Of a DNA stretch of 64,000 nucleotides, positions 1 through 12,852 are shown piece by piece. The number at the start of each line of letters is the position of its first letter. The first letter of the stretch is position 1. Below the pieces are notes generated by a model that was given only the letters and a program-made list of their open reading frames with translations, was not told the DNA's origin and ran no database searches. The position numbers were made by a program, and so were the translations under genes. Source of the stretch: Takakia lepidozioides (lineage: Eukaryota > Plantae > Bryophyta); NCBI GenBank assembly GCA_030704615.1, contig CM060733.1:53630001-53694000 (forward strand), written 5' to 3'.

Positions 1-1470
1 TCCCCTACCATGAAGAGCTTCATCCTAAAGCCAGTTGTAGGGTTCCAATCCACCAGGATAGATGCCCAAATTGCAGCAGCTGACAACAATTCCGTTACAG
101 TGAGTGAGTGAGTGTTGTTTTAGGGGCAGGCATTGTGGTACTAGGACCGTGTAATGCAGAGTACAAGTTCAAACTTCATTTTGAAAGGTAAGTGAGACCG
201 ATAATTAGGACATCTCCAAGGTAGAAGAGAAGGTCTTCACAAGAAGATCATTACAACTGCAGCCTTGTATCTTAGACAGTTAACTTTAGAGTACAAGTCA
301 AATCAACCATTTCTTGAATAACAGTTACTAGATGGTGCTAAGATTCCCACCGACTGGTCATTGCTAGTGCTTAAGACTATTGGTGGGTTCCAAAAACTGT
401 GCCAACATATTGAGTTTCTTCCATCATTCCGGAAAGGCAATGGGAAGCCTCACGCCAGAATCTGAGTGGCACTAGGAGAAGAGAAACAGATAGGGGACCT
501 AACTAAACCAAAGTGGTCATACTTAAAAGTGTCAGTCTGTTTTTCCCTCCTGTCGCTCTAGCTTGGAGGTTTGGCACTCTGATGGGAAAGAGCACAAGAA
601 AGAGCGAAAGAAAGGACAGAGGGAGGAGCTCTCAACATCAGTGAAAGCTCAAAGGGTTTATGAAACAGTAATCCATAACAAACAAAAGGTCTGCAAACGA
701 ATCGTTGGACGGAGGTAAAGGGTCGTGTGAAGGTAACTTGATTAGTATTTTTGAGCCTCAAACTAAATGCCTCCTATGCCAGTGGTCAATGTTAGTAAAT
801 GCGAGGTGGTAGTCTTCAGTGATAGGGGGGAGGGAGGGGGGATCTCAAATGGACATAGGGCAGTGAAGAGATCCATGTGCTCCCTTCCTACACATATCGT
901 GGTCGAGTTCTCCTAGGATGCCCATGTACAAAAAGTGGTTCAAACAGTTAAATGCAAAGCGTTAGGTCTCACTCAATTTTCCACTGCAGAGGGAATACTG
1001 AAGTTGAAAAGACCATGCTTTGCAATGTTATTAGGCTACCTTGGAGTATGCATTTGCCATGTGGGAGGGCAACTCCAACCATGCTAAAACTTTAGAAGCC
1101 CACCCTAAACCTTCCCAATGCCCTCAGAAAGATGGAGATAAAGTGGCAGGCAAGTAATTGGGCATTCTATCATCGTGGAGGACCAAGAATGTCTCCCGAT
1201 AGAACTGCAGCTTTGTTGTAAGATTGACTGATTCCAGGTCCGCCTAACATGAAGTTCCATCAGCTCCTGCCTCATGAGTTTGTTGCAGCTGTGTTTGGAA
1301 GAAATTTTCAAACCTTCCATATCCAGAATGTCCACGTGCATGGACATAGTAGAAGACCAAGCAAAGACAATATGAGCCACAGGGAGAAACACAACTTAAT
1401 AACGTCCTTAGAAAATAAACCTCCACACTCAAACAGTTTCCATTCGGAGCAGTAAGTTAAAGTCACACAC

Positions 1471-3864
1471 CTCCACAAAGTAAAGACTTCCAAATGTGTA
1501 GGCGCGCACGGTATCGAGGCGTCGGATCTCATGGTGGTGGTTAAGTGCCATGTATGTGACTTTCTGTATGAACTCAGGGGGTGCTGCTTGCCCAATCAAG
1601 GATGCTGCATCCACAATTAAATAACGCTCTTCAAGACCCCCATGCTATAAGCAAGAATTGAGGGACAAATCGGTAAGACTAATGACATTTTACAGGTGAC
1701 TGGGAAGAAACGGAAGGTCTTTTGCATCTGCTAGACACAGTTTATCATGAAACTGACGACAATCACCTAAGTCAGAAGAAGCCTTTGGAAACTGATGAGA
1801 GCAGGGCTATGCGTGTTTTCCAATCAAAGAAATCAACAATTAGAACGAAATTTCAACAAAAGGATGATCATCACCAATGGCAACATGAGTCTTGGTCGAG
1901 ATAACTAGTCCAATTTTTAATATGGAGGCGTTTAGAAGGATACCAGCATTTTCCAGCACAGTTTTGGACCATTGAAAGATGGTATAGATGGCAATGAGGA
2001 TGGCACCCGCTGGGTCAATCCACCAATAGAAGCGTTCAGCCAGCAGTGCCGCTGCCAGCCCCACTGCATTTGTCATGATATCAAAACCATGGTCCTGCAC
2101 TCCTTACACATGACCAAGTTAGAGTACATCTCAAATGACATCTCCCAAGTAGCATAGCAAACAGCCCGTGCTCAATGATAACGGTCTTCCAAAAATCAAC
2201 AATGTTCATAACTATCTCCATGCATGCGATGTGTTCACAATTACGTAAATGACTGGGTGGCCCTATAGGAATTTACCTGTGTAGCATGTATAGCATGTGC
2301 AATCTACGTCAGTAATGAAGAAATGCAGCTTTACAATACTCAGCCTCCTCAAATTGAAACTGAACGAGGAACGAAATGCGTATGCCTTTGGACGTTGGAA
2401 ATAATACCAAAGCATAGGTTTGCACTATATCACTGCTAAAACTCTGACAGTAAATGTAGAGGAGGAATTTGGTAACTATGACCACCCCCATCACAACTAT
2501 GAGCCATATCCGCTCCTCGATAGTTGTCTTTTTGTTCTTATCCCCCTCCACTAACTGCTCCGCTCCTGTTATAAAAACCTGCATCCCTGTCATTATCACA
2601 CCCCTCAACAAGTTACCTTGCCTTGCCTTCAACATGGTGTCAATACAGTCAACCTCAAAGACAGTTAAGGACAAGGAGGGGAGAGACATGTACACAGGTT
2701 TCCAGTGGTTGGCGGATGAGACATACCAAGGGTGGCCATGATTGCAGCAAAAACTACAATCCCAACAGGTTGCATACGCAGTTTGCCAATAGGGTACTTA
2801 TATTTATTCTCCTGCTGCATGGACCACCGTGTGAAAAAGAGGATGAGCCCTGCCAGCAGATCCAATAAAGAATCCAATGTAGATGCCACAATTGCCAGTG
2901 ACCCACTCTTCACTGCCGCATATACCTGTGGAGAAATAGATGTATAGCATGATTGAGCCACTTAATAACTGCAACACTATGATATAATTCGAAATATTCC
3001 ATGTCAAGAGTGCCATAGGCAGAGATCTATGCCATGCTTCACGGAAGGTCCACATGTTGATTTAGTCACTGAAAGTGCAAAACAGACACTTCAAAAGTTA
3101 TCATTGAAGGAATCTATGCCAAACTAGTGGGTTGGTTTTCACCAAGTGGAAAATTCAGCGAGCTTCCCACTCAAAAGTAAAACTCCTCGAACCTGTTCAA
3201 ATTCTGCCCAGCTCGGACACACACACACAGGGTAGGGAGAGGAGAGTATTGTGATGGATGTAGCGATGAGCGTGGCCTACAATATAGTAACTTCCAGAGA
3301 AGAATATGCTCCGCAAGAACGACATATCTAGATCTGGAGGGAGGTTCTGAGAATAAATTCACCTTGATTATGAGGAGAACAAAATTGGCGGCATTTGAGA
3401 GATTGATGGCAAGAGCTTCCTGAGGTTCCACTTGGCCACTTCCATCACTCGTCTGTGCTCCGGTAGCCGTAGAGTCCACATCACGAAACAAAGCTAGTGC
3501 TTGTCTCTGCTTTCTGTTATACTCCCGTCTCCCTGCGTACGACAATCACGCATTTAAGCTGAAAAAGGTTATCCAATTTTGACGTCTCTACATTTGTGGT
3601 GAAATCCGGTTGAATCACACAAAGAAAATCATTTTTACCCTCGCTGAGACCCTCTGTGTCGTTGAAGGCTTTGCCAGATAGAAACCTGTGATATTTAAAC
3701 TGCCCTCTGCCTGACATGCCCCCGATTCCACCATTTTGTTTGCCGGCCAGTTTCCACGAATTCGTGACCTCCGGGGCACCCTCTCTGGCCAATGTGGATT
3801 CATCAATTCTAACTTCTCCGTTGCTCTCTAACAGCGGTGCACTCAGACCCGGATTTCCCTCCAT
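1471..3864 (-). CDS. MTP8: Metal tolerance protein (Mn-CDF, MTP8-like cation diffusion facilitator); exons 1-6, last exon not found in window
   Basis: Phase-compatible GT-AG exons: 3864-3639, 3532-3363, 2925-2727, 2586-2408, 2094-1944, 1604-1471. Spliced protein contains [20 protein letters not shown] (TM2 DxxxD), [29 protein letters not shown] (TM5), [11 protein letters not shown] and [15 protein letters not shown], typical of group 8/9 plant MTPs. KLR/AAxMATLG/GQxAPP favour MTP8. Symbol is family-level, not orthology-tested. Confidence 0.93.
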
Positions 3865-4226
3865 CACGAAACTCCACTTGCAATCCCTCCCACTCTGACC
3901 TTCAACGCCCAGCAACACCCCCCATATCTATGAATTCATCGCCCATTCAATCATTTCCCATCCCAGGCACATCTGCCCACACAAATACCTCTCTCTCCGC
4001 ACTCATACAGTTGCAGACAGAGGGCTGCCCCACAGATCGCGCGTGAGATCACCAGCAGCTCCACTGTCCATTCTTGATGGGCTGTATGCTGAGCAGTAGG
4101 CTCTGTAATTTCACTGGACGTTAAACAAACTTTACTTTACTTTACTTCTCATGGAACTTACTGCGGTTACTTCAGATTTTTACTTAAGAGTTTTGTTTTC
4201 TTTTTATTTTTTATTTTTATTTATTC

Positions 4227-5487
4227 TATATATATATATATATATGACGCCAGCCGAAGCTAGCGTAAATAAGAGCCTCTTCCCGGTGTGGGTACTTTCG
4301 GGGGTGGGCTCTATAGTAACAAGAACCAGTTACTAAGCGGCAAGTTGGCCACTTTCAATCTTTCTTTTGTTGAGGATAATTGCTGTTAGTGAAGTGATGG
4401 CTGTGAGGTGTAATGTTCATGATAGGGGGGTGGTATATTTCTGAGGTAGTTTCAGGTTTTCTTTTAGGATTAGACTGTTGTGACAGTGAGCTCCCCCTCT
4501 GACACCAGCTGTGATGATGGTCAGAGAAGCAGTGTTCCATCCATATTGACAGAGGGTTAGTACGAGGGGGTTCGTATTTTTCACGTTTAAACATAATGGA
4601 TTGGTCAGGATCTCTATCATGACAGAAGGCAAATTCAATGCTGTGGATAGTGAGGGAGGGGAGTGGAGTGGACCTGTTGGTGCTGCCGACGAAATGGGGA
4701 GTCCTTGGACAAGAAGAATATCTGGACATAATCTTGCCAGACAAAGGCATGGGTAATTAGCGCATGTACAAGGTAGTAACCATGAAGGTATTGTGTGGTC
4801 CGACAGCCTGCCTTGAAATGTGTCTGCATTAATGAGGTTGTACCATCTAGCTTTAGGGTGTGTGAGAAGAAGTTTATGGAGTTGCCAAACTCCTTGATTA
4901 TGTCGAGTAATGTGAAGTCCATGGATGATGGGATGTTTACAGTGGAGAAGAAGATGCGGCCATGTGTCCACTCGAGGGGGTTGGGAATAGCATAACGTGC
5001 AGTGCTTGTTAGGATATAATAGAGGCCAAAATAAATTACGTCGTTGATTGCCCATGTATTGTCCGTATCGAAATCGGAGTGTTTGTTTAATTTGGGCATC
5101 AGTGATTATTGGAGATTTCCAGAAGTGATTAGACATACTGTGGAGCAGCTGAGGTGGCATAACTCATTTGAATATGTAGGGTTTTAGATAGGTGGGCGAT
5201 GCACGGATTTGATCCATAGTTTTTTCTGCCATATGTGCATACAGGTCCCGAATGGGGGCTATGACCGGGAATCTAGCTTTAGTGGATGTCAGCCAGAATG
5301 GATATATGTGTGCCAGGTGATCAATAGGGTCAGTCGTGGGGTAAGTAACTCCAAGTTAGGCAAGTTGGTTTGCTATCTCATTACCCGTGATACCTATATA
5401 GGATCTGACTTTGTGGAGATGAATGTGTATTGGGGATGAGTGTACAATATCTATGATGGCCTTAATGAGGTGAAGGTCAGGGTGATG
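4227..5487 (-). mobile_element. 3' end of a Dualen/RandI-type LINE: RNase H remnant, CCHC finger, restriction-like endonuclease, 3' stem-loop and (TA)n tail
   Basis: HHPDLHLIKAII...KVRSYIGITGNEIANQLA (RNase H C-terminus, ~5355-5487); CTLC...DTWPHLLLHC; RHN...PDILLV...IEF...KREKY (RLE motifs, frameshift near 4670); ends in a hairpin at 4247-4266 and (TA)n at 4227-4245. Confidence 0.8.
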
Positions 5488-7720
5488 AACCCCCAAGCCC
5501 CCAGATCTCAAGTTCAAATCCCCTTAGAGCTGGACTGGTTTTTCATCCAGCGGACTGGTATTCCATCCATAAAAAATCAAATCAAGGACACATGCAGTCA
5601 CTCGGTCGCTCGGTTGTCTCTCTCGTTTGGAACCCCAATGATCCTTGGTTGAAATTCTATGGACTTCCTTCCCTCTTTCCTTCGCCGAGATGTCTCGTAT
5701 AAACCCAAAAGGCCGTTTCGGCCCTAAGTAATTTCCTATGACTCTAAACGACGGCACCGAGGTGACCTTAGCAACCCCCTTAACTTCAAGATTAGCCACT
5801 AAAAACTACCCCAAATGCACCATCTCCATAGCCCTTGCTATATTAATCTCCCTCAAGAGATTAAAGTGATTACCCCCATATGATCCTAGGGACCGCTGGT
5901 TAATAGAAAGATGTCTTTATCCCGCGGACGCAGGGCCTGCCACACGTGTGGTGGTGCGGCGCTATTGGCGTTGGTGCAGGTCCCACACCAAAATCCAGCG
6001 GGCGACGGTCCAAGGCTGGGACCAGGGGATCTGGACAAAATTTAGCAATCCCCCACGTTTCTTAAGCTTGTTGAACAGCCTGATAGCCGCGTCGGCCTAG
6101 CGCCAGTCAACGCCCCCCTTCTCGTTCATGCTTAAGTACTTCACAATAGCCAAGGCTAGCTATTGCCTTGGGCATAATGGCCCATCATCATGGCCAAATA
6201 AATTCCATCATGCCTGAAAAAGGACAACCCCATCCCCCATAACATGCCAAAACCCTTTGGGGTTGTGCTAACCGTTATGGTTTGTCAAAACTCGCCTATT
6301 TCTTCAAAGAACAAAACACCCCAAGCTTTCTATGGGCTATGGGGGCCTAAACTTAATAGATTTAGGATCTGAAAATTGGGTTGGGTTGGTTTTTAGATTT
6401 CCAGCAACATGGTAGAAGAAAAAAATATACTTTGAAAAAAAGATTCCTCCTCCCTAGCCTCTTTTGTTTCCTCTCTCTCTCTCTCATGGGGGAAATAGGG
6501 CCTAGTGGAGAAGACAAAGAAGGGATTGACCTAGTTGCTCTAGGCTTCACTTTCCTCAACTTCAAATGACAAAACTAACACACCTATTGATTCCAAGCTT
6601 GAACTAAGCTACCCTTGCATGGTTAGTCTTGGAAATCAAGGGTTAGTGGTTCATCAACTTTAACAACACAAAGGGCCTAGTGGCCAACACAAAGAGAACC
6701 CACACCCATCTTAGAGCTACTCCACTGCATGGCTAGCACTCTAGGGTTAGATCTTTCCACTCTTAAGACAAAAAACAAAACATAGAACAAAATGACAACT
6801 CCTTGGGCCTCTTGGCCACTAAGGAGAGTTAGTCTTCCTCTCTTTCCCAAGCTCCCACCACTCTCTTGTTAGTAGGACCAAGCTAAGGTTAATACAAGGG
6901 ACTTCCAACAACAAAACACAAAAGAACAAAGCAAAACTTTGAGCAAGGACCAAGAAACCCTCTTTCCACTCTAGGGTGTCTTCACTTGGCTAAAAGGACT
7001 ATCAAAACCTAGGGGAAGGGATAGAAGCTCACCTCTTCTATGGGGTTGTTGCTTTTCTACCTCATTTTCTCTTTCTAGGGGCTCGCCACTCTCTCAAGTT
7101 GAATCATACTCCTTTTTTGGAGGGAAGATCTCTCCTTTTCAAAGCATAAATGGCACTTGGCCTACAACTTAAGCACATAGGGTATCCCTAGTCTTCCTAA
7201 GTTGCACGCTTGCCAAGTCCAGGAGGCACCACATGGACCTGAAGTTTGGTGGGTATTTCAAGCATACCCCAAGGGCATTTGTGGCCAAGTTTCAATATTT
7301 TTGGAAATGATTTGCAACAAATCACCATTTATGAAGTTTTCGAGCGCCCGTGGCCACAAGAAATTCAATTAAAAGGGATTTTTGGGGCCTAAAAGAGATA
7401 AGAGCGCCTTGGGACAGATGGTTGGATGAAATATAACACCTATCAACCAAGAAGTGTTGAAATCTTTTCTCATCCAAGAATTTCGGATATTCCATCCAAT
7501 CAATTTTTACAGTTTTTCTCGTATAAGTAGCTTAGGAGGTGAGTTTGCTCACCACTTCGCTTCTAGTTTTTTCTTGCTTAGTTGCTTGTTAGTTACTTGC
7601 TTCGAAGAGCTTGCTTGAGAGCAAGGCTTTGCTTTATGCAACTTATTTTGTGAAGTCCTAGTTTGCTCTTGAGCTTAGAGCTTAGCCTAGATGTTTTATG
7701 CAAGCTTGGAGGAAGCAACT
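5488..7720. mobile_element. Unclassified non-coding TE-like segment (possibly LTR-derived) between the LINE 3' piece and the ParB-gene piece
   Basis: Both flanking elements are cut abruptly at its edges; no credible ORF; no TG..CA or TSD identified. Confidence 0.3.
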
Positions 7721-7965
7721 AAATGGCGCCGAATTCCCAGAATGGGTGCCAGCCACCCCCGGGACTTAGCCATTTTCGGGGCCCGGAACTGGAAATTCGG
7801 CGTCATTTTCCAGGCTGGGTCCGAAAGTGGCCATGTCCCAGAAATGGCTGGGCCCCAACCTGGAAAAATGGCGCCGAATTTCCAGAATGTGTGCCAGCCG
7901 CCCCCAAGACTTAGCCATTTTCGGGGCCCAAATCTGGAAATTCGGCGCCATTTTTCCAGGGATTT
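7721..7965. repeat. Intronic GGCGCCGAATT-core repeat (partial copy of the 55.3-56.2 kb array)
   Basis: 7721-8100 closely matches ~55944-56325. Confidence 0.85.
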
Positions 7966-8062
7966 AGCCATACTTCACAACCAGTTGTCATGCCCCACAC
8001 AAGCCGTTTTACATCCAGGGACTACAATGGCCACAGATCAAAGAGGAGCACCGCATATTTAC

Positions 8063-10011
8063 CTGTACAGAAGGCGCATTGCCGCTTTGTCCGAGTTCGG
8101 CTGGTCGGTGAACTCGTGGCTCTGGCGGGCATGCGGTATCTCTCGAAAGAACAGGTCGGTTTTGTAGAGCAGAAAGTACCTCGCCACATAGTCGCGTAGG
8201 CTCTCTGCTTCTCCATAAATCTCCAGCTTGAACTGATGTGCTTGGGTGTCAAGCTGCTCTTGCGCATTTGTCGTCACCTGTGGAGATTCTCCATCAGACC
8301 GCAGTCCTCAATAAATACAAGAAATCCATCAGATACAAGAGTAGAAGCGCCAAACAAAGCGTTGGAAAGTACCTCTGAAACCACCATGTCATGCGGTTCA
8401 TCCACATGTCAAATGTGGGGTCAGACAGTTTGTCGGGTTTGGGGAAGTTCCACATGTCCCTTGTACTCTGGGACCCATTCCAGATTTGGAGCCACCGGGT
8501 CTGTCCAACCACCGTGCATATTAGTAAGCGCCAAACACCACGAAAACGAATTGTTGCCACGACAATTTGGTTAAGAATGTATAACCTTTTCTGTTGCATC
8601 CACACATGTTGTGGCTAGACGATGCAGCTTCTCCAATGTCATCGTGGGCTTCCGAGCGCGGGAGTAGTGCTTCCCCACCTCCACCAGAAAGTCGGCACAA
8701 AGGGCGGGATCAGCTATGGCCACGTACTTCACCATCTGCAACTTGTACTTGATGCGGGCCTTCGCCTCCGCAGCTTTGAGATATGATTCCAGTGCCGGGA
8801 GGGTTAGTTTCTTCTCCTCTGACTCCATATAGAACCTCCGCGCATGTGGCAAATCCTGCTGAATTTTTTGTCTGTCAAGAATGCGCACATAAGATTAGAA
8901 ATCCTGGTCCACACTTTTTCTTCTATTGGGGGAGCAGAGACAGATTAGCTCAACAAAAGAGTTCGGAGTTGTACCCGAAATATTTAATCCACCATGGCGT
9001 CCATGCTCAGCCTATACCAGATTCTGTCTGCCTTTGCCTCCAACTTGCGCAGGAGGTCGGCACTGAGCGAATTGGCAAACTCCTGCACCACCTGCTTCCG
9101 GACATCCTTCACTCGGAAGAGCATGTGGGACAAGTTGGTGGCAATGAAGGCATTCTCAGTCACCGTGCAATGCCACATTTCCATTAAATGATACTGAAAT
9201 GAGAATTTGCAACAAATATGACGATTGGCGATGAAATGACTTTCAAATTCAACGTCCAAAACAAGAGGCATTGTAACTTACGAGTTGATGTCTGCCATTG
9301 CAGCTTTGAGAAGACTTCGATCTTTGGGCCCCACAACCTTCAGCACAAACACACTCCACGGCGTAATGCCAATCCAGGTCGTTGGGGTGGGCTTGGGCTA
9401 TGTGCTCCATCTATGCCAGGAGGCGATGATTGCCATCACACACGTAAAACATCTTTCAGGACAAGTGCTGGAAAAGAGAATCAGTAGCAATCAATCTCTC
9501 AAACTCCTCATTTCGTCTTTGCCAATGGGGACCCCATTTGTCCACCTCATCGGAAGTATGGGCACGAGAAGCTCCGTGGTTGTTCTCAATGGAAACATAA
9601 AACGCGGCAGACCCCATTCGATATCCCTCCCGGAAAGAGAATTTCAGTTTTTCGATATCGCCTGGGAGGGCAGGTCTCACCACCTGCAATGATACCAAGC
9701 GGCAGAGAGGAATCCGAAGCTTGGCCGGGTACACCATGCCCCCCAGGACCCTACCAATGTTGTTGTGGCTTGCCTCCAACATCTTGGCAGCGGCCAACTT
9801 CGTATCCGCCTCCAACATGACGTCTGCTGCAGAGGGGTTCTCCGGCAGCTCACCAGGACCGCCAAATCCAGCCTGTATGCTCCGGGTTTGGAGCCTGTGC
9901 CCGAGTAACAATCTTACCACGAACAGTATACTCACACTTGATCACCTGTCAATTCAAGTCCTGGGGAGGGAATTTTAAAAGGGCTAAGTTTGTAAGGTCC
10001 AATTTGTCCAT
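8063..10011 (-). pseudogene. 5' half of an intron-containing ParB/Srx-domain gene (N-terminal part of the ParB-methyltransferase gene)
   Basis: RIPLCRL..VVRPAL..DIEKLKFSFREGY..FYV...KMFYVCDGNHRLLA*MEHI (DGNHR at 9423-9437). Intron 9194-9281; splice donor AG|GTAAAT at 8063/8062. In-frame stops and frameshifts; the ATG at 10011 is tentative. Confidence 0.72.
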
Positions 10012-10034
10012 ATGGGTGTTGTTGTTGGGCTGAC

Positions 10035-10280
10035 CGTGGGGTCGCAAAATAGCCCTTTTCGGGTAGGTTGGAGGGGCCAATTTGCGACGCCCGGGCGTCG
10101 CCAAAAAACGTCGCAATTTTGCGACCGATGGGGGTCGCAATTTTGCGACCGATGGGGGTCGCAATTTTGCGCCGGCGCGACCGGGCGTCGTCAAAAAATA
10201 AATAAATAAAAATCATACTCTGCAATGTCGAATTAGTAACATCCGGGGGTCGCAAAGTGCGACGCCCGGACGTCGCAGTT
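10035..10280. repeat. Cluster of GTCGCAATTTTGCGAC palindromes (24-bp period at 10110, 10134, 10158)
   Basis: GTCGCAA-TT-TTGCGAC is an interrupted 16-bp palindrome (third copy slightly degenerate), with further GCGAC/GTCGC half sites; lies just upstream of the ParB gene. Confidence 0.85.
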
Positions 10281-12082
10281 TAAGGGGGTACATTTGAATT
10301 TAGGTGCGAAAATTTGAATTTGAAATTTGAATTTCAAAAACTTATTGACCATTGACTCCGGCGTTGACCATTGACTCTGGTTATGTCCAAAGGCGATATA
10401 TTCATTGTTCTATATATATTAGGCAATGCATACTTAAACCTAGGACCTCCACGTTATAACATTTCGAAGACACTACAGACTAACCAACACACCTACGATC
10501 ACTAGAAGCATTCGTGTCTTTTCCGAATCGACTGGGTGTCCGCCAACCACTCCGGAACCACTTGGCAGTAAGCGGGACTACTAGAGAGTCGAAACGGACA
10601 ATGTGGGCCCACGGGGGTATTTCAGACGGCGGGCAGAAGTGGGGTCAACGACTCCGGAGTCGTAGCAAAAATCCGGGCTATTTAATTAATTACGTAAATA
10701 CATAAAATTTGAAAAAGCGGAAATTACAAATGGTTCTAATTATTGCACATGCGACTAGAAATTTTCATCCATAATTTGATTAATGGCACCCGTGATTCAG
10801 GGCCACATTTGCTGACGCGTGTTTCACAAAAACAGGTAAAGAAAATATGGCCTCGGTGGAATAGATATTTTAATATGTATTGCCTCCACCTGGAAGTGAC
10901 ATAGAAGGTCCATGGTCCAGCTTGTAGGGTTTGTCGTTCTGAACACCGCCCTGGTGGACATGTATGTTGAATGCGGAAGCATTAAAGATGCGAAGGTAGT
11001 GTTCGACTGTGGCTCAACGAGATGTGGTGTCGTGGAGTGTGATGATCGCATTGGCAACAAGACAAGGATGTATGCATAATTTGTGCAGAGGCAGTGATAA
11101 CTGAAGGAGCAGGATAGAGTGTGGGTCCATATTCATCCAAGAGGGTTGGATTTCAAGCTCCAGATTACCTATGGATCCATGTGGAAGGATAGCTATAAGA
11201 AACCTCCATGGGTAGATGGTTAGCTGGAAGCGGCAGCTGTAGCGGCACAATTGATAAAATCAAGCACCTCAACCATGACCACAGCTTCTGGAAGAGGATC
11301 AAGAGAGGGAGTCCACAATGCCTCTTCTGGAACTTATGGGCATGTGAAGATGCTTTATGAGGCAGGCAGACTGAAAGAGGCTCTACAAATTTTAAGCCAA
11401 AGAGGCATTTCAGCAGATGTAGATACGTATGTGTGTCTCTTGCATAAGTGCATCAAGATGAAAGGCCTAGAAGTTGGAAAGCAGGTGCACACTCACATTG
11501 TCCAAAGTGGATTCACGCCGAACGTTTTTCTACTCAACAACCTTGTCAACATGTATGTTAAGGGGAGCATCATGGATGATCACCAAGTGTTCAACACAGA
11601 ATGCCTCAACGATCTTTGATCACGTGGACTATAATGTTGGCAGGATTACCAAGCATGGGCGTTGTACGAATGCTTTGGAGACCTGTGAGCAAATGATGTG
11701 CGAAGGGGTGAAGCCCAACCACATCGCGTTTGTATGTGTTTGCAATGCATGTGCAAGCCTGGAAAAGGGGAACGAGGTCCATGGTGACATCGGTCAAAGC
11801 TGGAATTGCACCGGATGTCATTCTGAACACTGCCCTGACCTGGACATGTATGCCAAATGTGGATGCATTGAGGATGCAAAGGGAGTTTTCGACACTATGG
11901 CTGAACGAGATGTGGTGTTGTGGAGTGCGATGCTTGCAGGGTATGCACAACAGGGACGTGGGATTGAGGCTTTGGAGACCTATGATCCAATGATGGGGGA
12001 GGGGATGAAGCCCGGCCACTTTGTGTGCATTTGTAATGCTTGTGCAAGCCTGGCAGCCCTGGACAAGGGCAAAGAGGTGCAT

Positions 12083-12835
12083 GGGGATATCATCAAAGTT
12101 GGAATTGTACCAAATGTCATTCTGAACACTGCCCTGGCAGCTCTGGAAAAGGGGAAAGAGGTCCATGGCGACATCTTCAGAGTTGGAATTGTACCAAATG
12201 TCAGTCTGAACCATACCCTGGTGGACATGTATGCGAAATGTGGGTGCATTGAGCCTGGACGAGGGGAAAGAGGTGCATGGGGTATCATCAAAGCTGGAAT
12301 TGTACCAAATGTCATTATGAACACTGCCCTGGCAGCTCTGGAAAAGGGGAAAGAGGTCCATGGCGACATCTTCAGAGCTGGAATTGTACCAAATGTCAAT
12401 CTGAACCATACCCTGGTGGACATGTATGCGAAATGTGGGTGCATCGAGCCTGGACGAGGGGAAAGAGGTGCATGGGGTATCATCGAAGCTGGAATTGTAC
12501 CAAATGTCATTATGAACACTGCACTGGCAGCTCTGGAAAAAGGGGAAAGAGGTCCATGGCGACATCTTCAGAGCTGGAATTGTACCAAATGTCATTCTGA
12601 ACCATACCCTGGTGGACATGTATGAAAATGTGGGTGCATTGAGCCCTGGACAAGGGCAAAGCGGTGCATGGGGTATCATCAAAGCTGGAATTGTACCAAA
12701 TGTCATTATGAACACTGCCCTGGCAGCTCTGGAAAAGGGGAAAGAGGTCCATGGCGACATCTTCAGAGCTGGAATTGTACCAAATGTCATTCTGAACTAT
12801 ACCCTGGTGGACATGTTTGCAAAATGTGGGTGCAA
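12083..12835 (+). repeat. ~195-bp tandem repeat x4 within PPR fragments
   Basis: Units start near 12083, 12279, 12474, 12670 (65-aa period GIIKAGIVPNV...GERGAW). Confidence 0.9.
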
Positions 12836-12852
12836 AGGGATCTAGGATCTAG

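Noticed and set aside
1105-1392. VDILDMEG.. as the last MTP exon
   Set aside because: No AG acceptor (CAC) and no similarity to the conserved EAHxIGExLQ..ERAFVHLD tail; the real exon is probably off-window.
10471-10478. CACTACAG as the partner of the 25949 terminus
   Set aside because: Match stops after 8 nt and the flanking triplets (AGA vs GTT) do not form a TSD.
11474-12625. 383-aa ORF as a functional PPR gene
   Set aside because: Motifs are truncated and chimeric, surrounded by frameshifts, with no E/DYW end; lies inside a CACTA.
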